Assembly (NCBI GenBank): GCA_964291235.2
Contig: OZ219815.1
Span: 768,001-832,000, forward strand
Direction of reading: 5' to 3'
Origin: Vicinamibacteria bacterium
GTDB lineage: Bacteria > Acidobacteriota > Vicinamibacteria > Marinacidobacterales > Marinacidobacteraceae
Length of the DNA stretch: 64,000 bases
Positions within the stretch are counted from its first letter, which is position 1. Every line of letters starts with the position of its first letter. Shown here piece after piece: positions 1 through 10,568 of this stretch. The notes under the pieces are model-generated. The model was not told where the DNA came from. It did not search any database and worked only from the letters and a program-made list of their open reading frames with translations. The translations under genes and the position numbers were made by a program.

Positions 1-653
1 CAGCCTGCGCCGCCCTCGAGCACGGCCACCTTGGCCGCTTGTTTGAGGCTTCCTCTCTGGCGTTTCTGCGGTTTGCGCATACGCACGCTCTGCGCCGCCG
101 CTTCCTCCACCTCCGAGATCCTCGCGAGCAACTCCTCGTGGCCGACCTTGCCCCTGGTCGCCCGGATGATCGTGCCGTAGTAGCCAGCGTTCACGCGACC
201 GGCGAGCGCTCTCGCGGCGCTTTCCGGCTTGGTTGTCAGGCCCGGCGAAACAAGCAGATTGTCGCAGATGAACACGACCTGTCCCGCGCACTCCAGGACG
301 GGCCGCATCTGCACGGCGAGCGAATGTGGGTTGTTGGCTGCGTTGGCGCGGAGGACGGCGTCCGCGTGGAGCCGCGCCTTGCGCACCAACACTGCGCATT
401 GGTTCCGGAAGGGAGCGGTAGAATCGGCCTCCAGATCGGCTTGGGCTGTGGCCTTCAGCACGCCACCGGCGTCCCCAAACGACCGTTCGAGATCGCGTGT
501 CGTCGAAACCGATCCCGCCAGCAGATCCGCCATTCCCGCACGATAGCGGGCGACCTCAGCAGCGACAGTCGCCTGCTGTCTCGCCGCCGCCATCTACGCT
601 CGCAGCCGCAGGATGAGCCCCCTGCGGTCGTCGAGGGTGTCTGCCATACTCAT
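1..653 (-). CDS. Hypothetical protein running off the left edge; possible DUF5677/HEPN-like helical protein; in-frame TAG at 596-594 immediately followed by ATG at 593
   Basis: Manual translation from ATG 653: MSMADTLDDRRGLILRLRA*MAAARQQ...SLAVQMRPVLECAGQVVFI..., open to base 1. Perfect TATAAT at 673-668 upstream. Not in the ORF track because it has no stop inside the window. The family guess rests on a weak R-x-x-L-E helix motif. Confidence 0.55.
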
Positions 654-857
654 CCTATAAGGCGTTTATTATATGCAGTTTATTCGCCCCCTTTCTTGAC
701 TTGATCCCACGGAGCCGACCCCAATTTCGGAACTTCCCGATCTGGACGCTCCGCCCCGCGGCGGATAGTGGGACCAAGCGTGGCGCTCTCCGAACGACGC
801 GCAAGCGAGGACTTGCCAACTGAATTAGGTGGAATGCGCGCCAGTGGAACCCCGTAG

Positions 858-1772
858 CTACGCCTGCGCCATACCACGATCGACGCCGTCCCTACTTTGC
901 CACTTCGCCCGTCCTGTTTGCAGGTGTGGGATTCGCAGGTATCGCTCGACATCGGCGGCCGCCCCTATTCCTCGAATTCTGCCGCAGTAGTAACACTCCG
1001 TATTTGGCTTTCGCTTAGTCGTTACACGCGGCAGATGGCCCACATAGTTCAGGAAACGCCGGGGCTTTGACGCTCCAGACACAGCCAGCATGAATTCGGT
1101 CGCAGCGAGAGAGGCGATCACCCCATTGACGGGAGACACGGCCGGGCCGGTTTCCCCGAGCGCCTCCCGAGGAACACCGTAAATCGCGGCTTGAATCTCT
1201 TGTTCCTCTTCACTAGAGAGGTATCTGCGCACGGCTTCTGGATCAAGTTGCTCCAAGCAATGAACACATCCTTCGCCGTTGACTGCTATACAAACTCGTC
1301 CGCCGTATTCCACTCCCTTCTTGATGTCGGACGCGAGATCGATGTACGGCTTGGCGTAGGCCGCGCAAAGTTCATTCAGGATGAACCGGGGCCCGTCGTC
1401 ATCGAAACAGCCAAAAACCCAATCGACTCGCTTCACAACCTCAAAGACAGGCGGCGTCACCAAGCCTGCTTTGAGTGCCGTAACCTTGATGTCGGGATTG
1501 ATCTCACCGATGTGTCTCTTGATGATATCAACCTTGGGGCTACCAGGAACCGGATCGTCATGCCTTGCGCCAACGAATCGATTGCGATTCGTGTCGTCAA
1601 GCTCTTGATCATCTGCCAGCGAAACGGAACCTACACCCATGAGAGCTAGGTGCTGGCTGAGAGCACTGCCCAGACCGCCCACGCCGATAACGGCAACCGC
1701 AGCTGACCACAGCCGGCGCTGCCCTACCTCACCAATAAGGCGAATGTTGCGGTCATACCGATCCGGGAGCAT
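858..1772 (-). CDS. ThiF/MoeB/E1-like adenylating enzyme of a bacterial ubiquitination-like operon
   Basis: RYDRN N-terminus, GVGGLG nucleotide-binding loop, DDQELDDTNRNR, GCFDD, two Zn CxxC motifs (CVHC, CYYC), PAVSPVN. ATG 1772 lies 2 nt after the JAB stop. Confidence 0.92.
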   Translation of the reverse strand: MLPDRYDRNIRLIGEVGQRRLWSAAVAVIGVGGLGSALSQHLALMGVGSVSLADDQELDDTNRNRFVGARHDDPVPGSPKVDIIKRHIGEINPDIKVTALKAGLVTPPVFEVVKRVDWVFGCFDDDGPRFILNELCAAYAKPYIDLASDIKKGVEYGGRVCIAVNGEGCVHCLEQLDPEAVRRYLSSEEEQEIQAAIYGVPREALGETGPAVSPVNGVIASLAATEFMLAVSGASKPRRFLNYVGHLPRVTTKRKPNTECYYCGRIRGIGAAADVERYLRIPHLQTGRAKWQSRDGVDRGMAQA

Positions 1773-1774
1773 GG

Positions 1775-2290
1775 TCAGTTCCAGTCCCCAAGGGAGAATC
1801 CCGTGGGTCGCCACACCGAATCCTCCGCTACCACAGCATCAAGAGCACAGGGATTCGTCGGTTCGTTCAACCAGACCAGAGCATCGAAACCGGATGGCGC
1901 GACAACGATTGCCAGGTACGGTCGGCCTCCTAGACGCCACCACATATGTGGCACGGTCTCCTGGAGCCCGAAGCGGTCCGCCTTGGAGAATCGAGCACCG
2001 AACGGACTCAAATGAGAGTGCATCTCTACAAGCGATGCGTCGAGATCCAACGCCTTCTTGATCAGGCCGATCCTAGTTGCGTCGGCCATCTCCAGGTAGT
2101 CCCCCTCCTGCCTAACGAAGTCTTTCGACTCGAGTCGACGCGTATCGATGACCTTGAAACGAGTAAGGCCATCGGTTTCGTTCCGGGTCGCGAAGAGAAA
2201 AGCGGCCTGCTCCTGTTTGCTCCCGTAAGGGAGCAGATGCCGCGCGATCTGGGCCAAGACAGCACTTTCTATCTCGAGGACTATGCTCAT
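1775..2290 (-). CDS. JAB/MPN (JAMM) metalloprotease, putative Ubl deconjugase
   Basis: N-terminal Glu (EQAAF) and HSH-x8-SKAD motif; ATG 2290 overlaps the E2 stop (ATGA). Confidence 0.85.
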   Translation of the reverse strand: MSIVLEIESAVLAQIARHLLPYGSKQEQAAFLFATRNETDGLTRFKVIDTRRLESKDFVRQEGDYLEMADATRIGLIKKALDLDASLVEMHSHLSPFGARFSKADRFGLQETVPHMWWRLGGRPYLAIVVAPSGFDALVWLNEPTNPCALDAVVAEDSVWRPTGFSLGDWN

Positions 2291-2694
2291 GCCCCCTCCT
2301 TGAGGCGCACCACGAAGCTTCGACACCAGGCGGCCAAGTTCGAACCTCCCTTGACACTCGTGGCCGGCGCCCAGTTATCAACGGTCCAAGAGAACAGGAG
2401 CCACTCTCCACGAAACGGGACGGAATTCGGTGCGCCACCTGTGCTCTGAGGGGCCACACCTCCGAAGGTTGTGGTTTGGGGCATCAGAAATCCGTAGGGT
2501 GGGGCAGACGGATAGTCCGCCTTGACAAGGAAGGCGATCGGTAATTCGTGAGTCGGTTCACCTCCGACAGTCCATCCAGGCGGGATGGCATACCTGGGCA
2601 ACAAGAACCAGTCCTCTCCACCGTGTTCGGCATGCTGAATGTCGTTGTAGATGGTATGGAGTAAAGCCAGCTCCTCCTCGATCCGTGGTCTCAC
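2287..2694 (-). CDS. Prokaryotic E2/UBC-like protein (family E-like)
   Basis: Y-x-I-P-x-G-W, DYPSAPPYG, W-x-x-F-S-W, W-x-P...N-L pattern; GTG start overlaps the Ubl stop (TAGTG); located between Ubl and JAB. Confidence 0.78.
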   Translation of the reverse strand: MRPRIEEELALLHTIYNDIQHAEHGGEDWFLLPRYAIPPGWTVGGEPTHELPIAFLVKADYPSAPPYGFLMPQTTTFGGVAPQSTGGAPNSVPFRGEWLLFSWTVDNWAPATSVKGGSNLAAWCRSFVVRLKEGA

Positions 2695-2936
2695 TAGCCC
2701 CGCTTCCACTTATGCAGTTTGCCGTAGCTACAGTTACGACCGAGGTCGACCTCTTCATCCGGACTCAGCGTCCGCTCGTTACCGAATCGATCAATCTCGA
2801 TGACTCCTTCAGCGATGTCCCAACCTCCGATCTCGGCGATCTGTTTGGCTGAAACTCTGGACTCAGGCCATGGAATCTCCTGTCCTTCGATGTTCAGGAG
2901 GCATCCTGGCACTTCAATTTGCTGTGGATCCGACAT
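2694..2936 (-). CDS. Ubiquitin-like (multi-ubiquitin-type beta-grasp) protein, 80 aa, ending ...KWKRG
   Basis: AGGAG RBS before ATG 2936; I-E-G-Q-E-I-x-W...S-A-K-Q-I...L-S-P-D-E-E-V-D-L pattern typical of multi-ubiquitin domains; C-terminal Gly; first gene of the E2/JAB/E1 operon. Confidence 0.8.
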   Translation of the reverse strand: MSDPQQIEVPGCLLNIEGQEIPWPESRVSAKQIAEIGGWDIAEGVIEIDRFGNERTLSPDEEVDLGRNCSYGKLHKWKRG

Positions 2937-3011
2937 GGCGCTGAATCTCCTTTTCGGATAAGGGTGGCTTTTTGGGTCGCTCCACTTCGCGGAACTCCCA
3001 CTGGAGGGAGG

Positions 3012-3114
3012 ATTCTCGCCAATCAGATCTGAAATGTCAAGTATCGAAACGATTCGGATGTTGGTAATACCAACAGTTTGTATGATTGACGTAAACGGGT
3101 TCGCCGGATAGACT
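3012..3114. promoter_or_regulatory. Divergent sigma70-type promoters with a central palindromic operator
   Basis: Minus strand: TTGACA (3040-3035), 17 nt, GAGAAT (3017-3012). Plus strand: TTGACG (3086-3091), 17 nt, TAGACT (3109-3114). Perfect 8-1-8 palindrome TGTTGGTA-A-TACCAACA at 3059-3075. Confidence 0.7.
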
Positions 3115-3121
3115 TTCAGCG

Positions 3122-3463
3122 ATGAAGGGCGGCCCTGGCGCCGATCTCTACGTCGCCTTCGGGAGGCTCGTGCGCCTGCACCGGAAGCGCCTCGACGGTA
3201 TGACCCAGGAACAGTTGGGCCGTCGCGTCGGATTGTCACGCCCGTCCGTCGCGAACATTGAACGCGGTCGGCAGAATGTTGCCCTCCACCAGATCTTCGC
3301 CATCGCTGAGGCGCTGCGGGTGCAACCGGCGACGCTCCTTCCCTCAGTGGTGGGGCGTACGGACAATTCACACATTGCTGACGCGCTGCCGCCCGGCACC
3401 GATACTGAGATCGCCGACTGGGCCGGAAAGTTGCTCAGAGAGAGTGCAGGGGAGAGCCGATGA
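3122..3463 (+). CDS. XRE-family HTH transcriptional regulator (CapH/ImmR-like)
   Basis: GMTQEQLGRRVGLSRPSVANIERGRQN is a classic HTH_3 signature; overlaps the downstream peptidase (ATGA). Confidence 0.92.
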   Translation: MKGGPGADLYVAFGRLVRLHRKRLDGMTQEQLGRRVGLSRPSVANIERGRQNVALHQIFAIAEALRVQPATLLPSVVGRTDNSHIADALPPGTDTEIADWAGKLLRESAGESR

Positions 3464-3984
3464 GACGACCGCGAACTGCCGCAAGAATTCGGCCGTTGGC
3501 TAAACAGTTACTCGAAGAGTGTGCCATTTTTCGGCCTCCGGTACCAGTCGACGAACTTGCGCGAATACGCGGCGCTCGAATTCGATACTCCCCGTTTGAC
3601 GGGGAACTTGCTGGCATCCTGATTCGGGACGAGAGCAACACGATCATCGGCGTGAATTCGCTGCATCACACTAATCGACAGCGCTTTACTATCGCCCACG
3701 AACTCGGTCATCTCGTTCTACACAAAGGTCGCGTGCATATTGATCGGTCGTTCCGCGTCAATCGCCGCGACGCAATTGCGGCTCAGGCCACAGATCCAGA
3801 GGAAGTAGAAGCTAACCGCTTCGCTGCGGAATTACTGATGCCGCTCAGCATGATCACGAGCGACCTAGCGGACTGCATTGATATAGAAGACGAACAAGAG
3901 CTGAAGGCTCTAGCGCTCAAGTATCAGGTGAGCCTGCAAGCGATGACTCATCGAATCACGAATCTGCTCGATGATCTGTTCTGA
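3460..3984 (+). CDS. ImmA/IrrE-family Zn metallopeptidase (CapP-like)
   Basis: RQRFTIAHELGH and EVEANRFAAELLMP motifs. Confidence 0.93.
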   Translation: MRRPRTAARIRPLAKQLLEECAIFRPPVPVDELARIRGARIRYSPFDGELAGILIRDESNTIIGVNSLHHTNRQRFTIAHELGHLVLHKGRVHIDRSFRVNRRDAIAAQATDPEEVEANRFAAELLMPLSMITSDLADCIDIEDEQELKALALKYQVSLQAMTHRITNLLDDLF

Positions 3985-4289
3985 CTGGTCGTTCTTCGTT
4001 AGCTTCACCCGCCGCTGCACGAATCGCTTCGCCATCGTTCCTAGCCGTCCAATGGCACCCGAAGGGAAGGCTCATCGGGGCCGAGCGCAACCGGTGAGCC
4101 TTGACGCGCCTGCGCTTCAGTCTGCCGCGACGATTCCGGCTGGGGCTTAACCCCTGGGGCAGTTCGTCGGCTCGGGCCCGAGGGGATGATCCGCTCGGGT
4201 CCGAATTCCGTCGGAAGCGAAAAGCGGGCGTTCTTCCTGACGGAGAAGGGCTGACCGGCGCTCGCGGACCTTGAGACGCCTGCGCCGGA

Positions 4290-4545
4290 GTGGGACAGGC
4301 CCCGGAACTCATCATGCGGCGGCGGCTCTCCCTCGACTACGTCCTCGAGCACCCCGACCTCGGCTGGCTCCCCACCGAGCCGGAGAAGGTGGCCTACTTC
4401 CAGGCCCTGGGCATCCCGGTCGCCACCCTCCCTCGCCGCGACTATCGCGGGCCCGTCTCGCAGCGCTCCACCCGGCGTACTTCGCGTTCAAGCTCCCCGT
4501 CGCCGGCGACGGCACGACCACGACATTCGTCTATACCGCGACGGG
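4290..4545 (+). pseudogene. Frameshifted fragment of a hypothetical protein, probably mobile-element associated
   Basis: RRLSLDYVLEHPDLGWLPTEPEKVAYFQALGIP...LPRRDYRG continues in another frame as YFAFKLPVAGDGTTTTFVYT after an apparent 1-nt loss near 4478; truncated at both ends. Confidence 0.55.
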
Positions 4546-4593
4546 CGGCCGCCGCCGGCTGCAGCGTGAGCGGATCCGCAGAAATCGTGCCGA

Positions 4594-4964
4594 GGTGGAG
4601 GCGGCGGGAATCGAACCCGCGTCCGAAAGCCTTCCGCAACGACGTCTACATGCATATCCAGGTTGTGGCGAGAACCCGCGCCCGGAGGCGCCTTTCCCAC
4701 TTTCGGGCCCGCGCCGCATCAACCCGGCGAATCGCGGCTCGGTCCCTATCCCTGAGGCTTACCGACGGCTCGGGAAGGCCGCCGGCAAAGCCCACCTAGT
4801 CGACGTCCTTTCCCGCCCGGTAGGCGTGGTCAGGAAGGACGTGGCTTAAGCAGCCAGTGCCAGATCGTTGTTGGCGTTTGTGTTTGTTTCCACCGTTTAC
4901 GAGAGGTGGACCCCCGACATGCAATCGTTACTTCATGTGCCTTCGTCGAACCCAGTACGCCCCC
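4594..4964 (-). ncRNA. ssrA: tmRNA; tag peptide (A)ANNDLALAA*
   Basis: 5' GGGGGCG...GGTTCGAC; 3' GCGGGTTCGATTCCCGCCGCCTCCACC; acceptor stem with G3-U pair; internal ORF gcc aac aac gat ctg gca ctg gct gct taa (4876-4847). The terminal A of CCA is not encoded. Confidence 0.97.
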
Positions 4965-5075
4965 TCCTCGCGCGAGCCAAGCGGCAATCCGAGGCCGAAA
5001 ACCGGCCCCGGCGACCGGTGGGGACACGAGCCCCGCACCAATGACCGCGTCGCGAATCGGCTAGCATTTTAGCCG

Positions 5076-7351
5076 ATGGTGAGCATGGGTTCCGCCCGCC
5101 CTCGCCCGCGGGCTCGACGTGCCCCGGTCGCGGCCGGATCGCTCCTGATCCTCCTGGCGATACCCATCGGCCAATCCGGAGCCACCCCGCCTCAGGGGCC
5201 GGAAACCCAAGCGGTTGCCGGAATCCCCTGGCAATCCCTGGCAGAACTCCCCGAGGGACTCGCCGCCGTCCGCCGCGCCGCGACCATCGAATCCCGGACG
5301 GACCGGCAGAAGGCGCTCAGCGCGATCGCCGACGACCCCGCGCTCTCGGCCCGCAGCCGGGCGGCGGCGTCGTACCGGCTCGGGGCCGACGCCCTCCGGC
5401 GCGGCCGGTGGACCGAAGCCGAAAAACGGCTCACCGCACCCGAACTCGCGGACAGTGAACTGACCGCGGACTCCCTCCATCTCCTCGGCAGGAGCTTTCC
5501 CGGCGTGCGCCGCCAGGACGGGATCACCCTCCTCCGCCGGGTTTTCGACGAGTTCCCCGAATACGGGGACCGGGACCGCCTCCGCTTCGATCTCGGACGC
5601 CGCCTCGCCCGGGCCGGATCGCGCGAAGAAGCCCTGACCCACCTGGAAGCGGCTGCCGCCGAGGGTGGCTTCACGCTCCGCGGCGAAGCGCTGGCCGCCG
5701 CCGCCGGAGCGCTCGAGCGACTCGGACGACGCGAAGAAGCCGCCCGGAAACTCGAGACCCTCTACTACGACATGCCGACCCACAAGGAGTCGCTGCCCGC
5801 GGGCCGGCAACTGTCGAACCTCTACAAGCGCTCGGACGTCAAGACGCCGTCCGCCGCCGAGAAGTACCCAAGGGCCATGCGGCGCGCCGAAGGCTTCGCC
5901 CAGGCCCGGAACTACCGAAAGGCCCACGAGAACTACCGGGAGGTCGCCCGCCGGTTCGCCAAGGCGGGCGATGCGGAACTCGTGAACCTCCGCATTGGAA
6001 TCCAGGAGCACCACCGCGGCCGCCTGAGCGCCTCGCTGCGCACCCTCGCCCGGATCAAGCGCGAAGATCTCCGGCCGGCGGCCCTCTACTACCGGGGCGA
6101 ATCGCTCCGGCGCCTCGAGCGCCGCACTACCCAGAAACGGGTCCTCGAAGAACTGCTGGCGCTCGAGCAGGAACATGAGTTCGGGGAGCGGGCGCTCTAC
6201 AGCCTCGCCCGCAGCCAGTTGGCAAAGAACGACCGGGTGGCCGCCCTGCCCTATCTCACCCGGCTCGCGGAGGCCTATCCGAACGGACAGCACGGACTCT
6301 TCGCCCGCTGGCACGTCCTCTGGGATCGCTACCGGAACGACGACCTCGACGGGACGGCCGGAGAGTTTGAGCGCGCCGCCCGTGAAAACCCCGGCGCGTT
6401 CATGGCCGGCCAGTTCCTCTATTTCGCCGGCCGCTCGCTGGAGCGAACGGGAGACCCGGAAGGCGCCGCCCGGCTCTACCGGGAGGTGTTCGTCGGCTAC
6501 CAGCACTCCTTCTACGGACGGATGGCCACGGAACGCCTCGAGGAACTGGGCCGGGCGGAATCCCTCACGAGCCCGCTGAGCGAACCCCACCGCCTCCTCG
6601 AGCGGTTCGATGTGCGGCGCACGGCGGAGGCCGAGCGGATCGAGGAGCTCTACGCCGCCGGTTACGCCGAGCGGGCTCGGGATGCGGCGCTCGCCGCGGC
6701 CCGCCGCGGGCTCCCGGACGACCCGGCGTTCGAGGCGATCCGCGGCTGGCTGCTGGCCGACGACAGCAGGAACGTTCCGGCGATCCAGGCGCTCCGGCGC
6801 GCCGCGCCGTTCCACACCTCGGCAGCCGGACAGGCGCTGCCCGACGCGTGGTGGCGGCTTCTCTTTCCGCTCGACTTCGAGGACCGGATCCAGACGCGCT
6901 CCGATCAATGGGAGCTTGATCCCTACTTCGTTGCGTCCCTGATCCGGCAGGAATCCGTGTTCATCCCGCGGACCCGGTCCCCGGTGGGGGCGCGGGGGCT
7001 CATGCAGGTCATGCCCGCCACCGGAAGGGCGCTCGCCCGGGCCGAAGGGGTGACCTTCCGGACCGCGCGCCTCTACGACCCCGGGGTGAGCATCCGTTTC
7101 GGAACGCGGTACCTGAGGCAGCTTCTCAACCAGTTCGCGAGCCGGCCGGAGCTGGCGCTCGCCGGCTACAACGCCGGGCCGCACCGGGTGAAGGACTGGA
7201 CCGACATGAACATGAAGATTCCCGCCGAGGTCTTCATCGAGGAGATCCCGTTCACCGAAACCCGCAACTACGTGAAGCTCATCATGCGGAACGAGATGAT
7301 CTACCGCCGGCTCTATCCCGAACTGGGCGAGACGAAGAAGACGGCCGGCCA

Positions 7352-7355
<4 letters not shown>
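5076..7355 (+). CDS. slt: Soluble lytic transglycosylase (Slt70-like) with TPR repeats
   Basis: IRQES, GARGLMQVMPAT, AGYNAG, IPFTETRNYV motifs; N-terminal signal and helical repeats. Confidence 0.92.
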
Positions 7356-8523
<1,168 letters not shown>

Positions 8524-8527
<4 letters not shown>

Positions 8528-10557
8528 TTCGCCGGGTCGGGCCGGCGTTCCTGGCCCTCTGGGCCGCGGCAGGGTCTGCCGCCGGGGCCCAGCCTCCCGG
8601 CTCGGCCGAACACGCGGAGGCGAGGCGCCTGCTCGATGCCGGCGACAGCGAAGGGGCCCTGCGGAGCGCCTTCGAGGCTCTGACCCGGTCCGACAGCTTC
8701 TCCCCGCCGGAATGGAGCCAGGAGATCCCCGAGGGGCGCATCGTTCTGGACGAGTTCACCGGCGCGGCCAGCGCGGTGTACCGCCTGCAGCGAGCGGCCT
8801 ACCGGGTCACGCTGGGTGATGCGCTCGCCGCGGGCGGCGACGCGGAGGGGGCGGCGCGGGAGTACCGGCGCGCGGTGGCGCTCGACCCGCGGCCGGAGAC
8901 CTGGCGCCGTCTCGCCGACCTTCCGGGGATGCCTCGCGCCGAGCGCGTCGATGCGCTCCTGCGTTCCTGGGCGCGCTCGGCAGGCTCGGACCGGGAAGCC
9001 CTCGACCTGCTGCGGACATCCGGGGCCTTCCGGACCGAAAACGCTCTGGCCGCGGCGCTGGACCGCTTCCGCTTCCGGGCTCCGGAGGCCTCCCGCCGGC
9101 GAGCCCCGGAGGGAACCACACCCTACGAAACCCCTCTCCGGGACTTGACCCTGGCTGTCGAAGGAGGCGCCTGGTCGAGTCAGCGCTCGTTCTCGGAGGG
9201 GCGATCGCTGCTTGTCTATTTTCCCGAGGCCGGCTGCCCACGCTGCGGGGAGGTGATCGACGACCTGCAGGCGGTGCTGCGGGGCCAGGGCGTGGACCTG
9301 ATCGCGGCGGTTCCCGACGCCGACCTCGCCATCCTCACCCGGATCTCCGAACTCACCGGCGCGGGCCTGTTCCAGCCGGAACCGCAGACGGCATCGGCGA
9401 GGTCGGCCCTCCGGCCCCGTCCCATCGGTCACGTGGTGCGGCGGGACACGGTCGCCTTCCGGCCCGAAGGCGACAACGCCGAAACGCTCTGGCTGGCGGC
9501 CCGGTCCGGACTCTCCGTCTGGCGCATTGCGCTTGATCCCGGGACCTCCGTCCGGCGCACCCTGGACGCATTGTTCCGGTTTCTCGACGACTCTCCGGTC
9601 GAAGGCGGAGACGCGTCGCTGGTGGAAATTCCCGACTCTCCGGAGGAAATGATCGGAATCCTCCGCGGCCTGGAAACCGGCCCCGAGCCGGTGAGAGACA
9701 TCGAGAATCGACTGCTGAACGCGGTTCGCGCCAGGCTGCGCGCGTCGAACGACCCGGCGGATCGGGGGATCTCGCTGCTCCGCGCCGCCGCCGGGCTCCA
9801 GGCCGGGGACGCGGCGAGGCTCGCGCTGCTGACCCGGATCGTGCCCCGCTTCGGGGAGCGGCTGCTCCAGGCGGCACAAGGGGTGGACGACGGTGTGGTG
9901 CGGGCGATCCCGAACGGCCGGGTACGGGTGACGACCGTCGAGGGCGCCTTCGTCATCCAGAGGGACTACGAGGCGGCCGACGGATCTCCGCTGGTGCTAT
10001 CCGGCGTGGTCCGCCCGGGAGATCCGGGAGAGCTGCGAGTGATCGAAATCGTGCCCGGACGCGCCGTGAGCGTTGCCGCAAGAGAGGAGAGCCTGGTATT
10101 CCAGCGGGAGCGGCCGGATGGCGAAACCTGCCTGGCCTGGGGGCCGCCCACCGGCCCGCTGCAGGAGGACTGCGCCGCCCACATCGATCGGGGAGCGGTG
10201 GTGATTTCACGGAGCCAGCTCGTCGCCGGAAGCGACACGGGGGAACCCAGCTACCGGTTACGGGTGGACGGCGGGCCGGAGGTTCCGGAAGTGATGGCGC
10301 TGACGGACGGGCTGACCGCTTTCGCGGCCGGCGAACTGGAGGCCGCGGATGCAGCGTTCACCCGCGCCGCGGACGCCATCGGACCGGGGTCGCCACTCGA
10401 CATGGCGGCGGTCCGGTTCAATCTCGCGATGTTGGCGGAAGCCCGAGGGGACCGCGAGGGGGCGCTCGCCGCGCTCCAGGCGATCGGGGACGCGACGTTC
10501 CCGGGGGTGCTGGAGGAGGCGATCCGCCGGCTGTATCGGGCCGGGGAGGGCGGCTGA
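8524..10557 (+). CDS. Exported hypothetical protein with TPR motifs and a thioredoxin-like CxxC segment
   Basis: Signal peptide; TPR-like LGDALAAGGDAEGAAREYRRAVALDP; LLVYF...GCPRC; 4-nt overlap with the upstream gene. Confidence 0.7.
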
Positions 10558-10568
10558 GCGCCGCCCGA

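Larger units (their letters stand above)
1..4593. mobile_element. Genomic island adjoining the 3' end of tmRNA (left boundary outside the window)
   Basis: Visibly lower GC and different codon usage over ~650-4000; defence-type cargo; mobile-gene relic next to ssrA; ssrA is a well-known integration hotspot. No integrase or second att copy is seen in the window. Confidence 0.65.

Noticed and set aside
858-1772. ThiF/MoeB as a thiamine or molybdopterin biosynthesis gene
   Set aside because: No thi/moa genes nearby; the partners are E2-like, JAB and a non-ThiS Ubl ending in RG rather than GG.
2937-3371. 225-aa version of the Ubl ORF (2694-3371)
   Set aside because: The extension overlaps the HTH gene and the promoters; a strong RBS supports ATG 2936.
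4165-4210. GC-rich hairpin between the peptidase and the relic gene (possible ncRNA or oriT)
   Set aside because: No recognisable family features or U-tract; such hairpins are common at this GC content.
4561-4640. tRNA-like T-arm and acceptor end
   Set aside because: It is the 3' tRNA-like domain of tmRNA, not a separate tRNA.
5061-7184. Long antisense or alternative-frame ORFs (e.g. 5061-7184 -, 27928-30795 +, 54640-57177 +, 51809-53923 -)
   Set aside because: Shadow ORFs of high-GC genes; they are Arg/Pro/Gly-rich, have no motifs and overlap well-supported CDSs.
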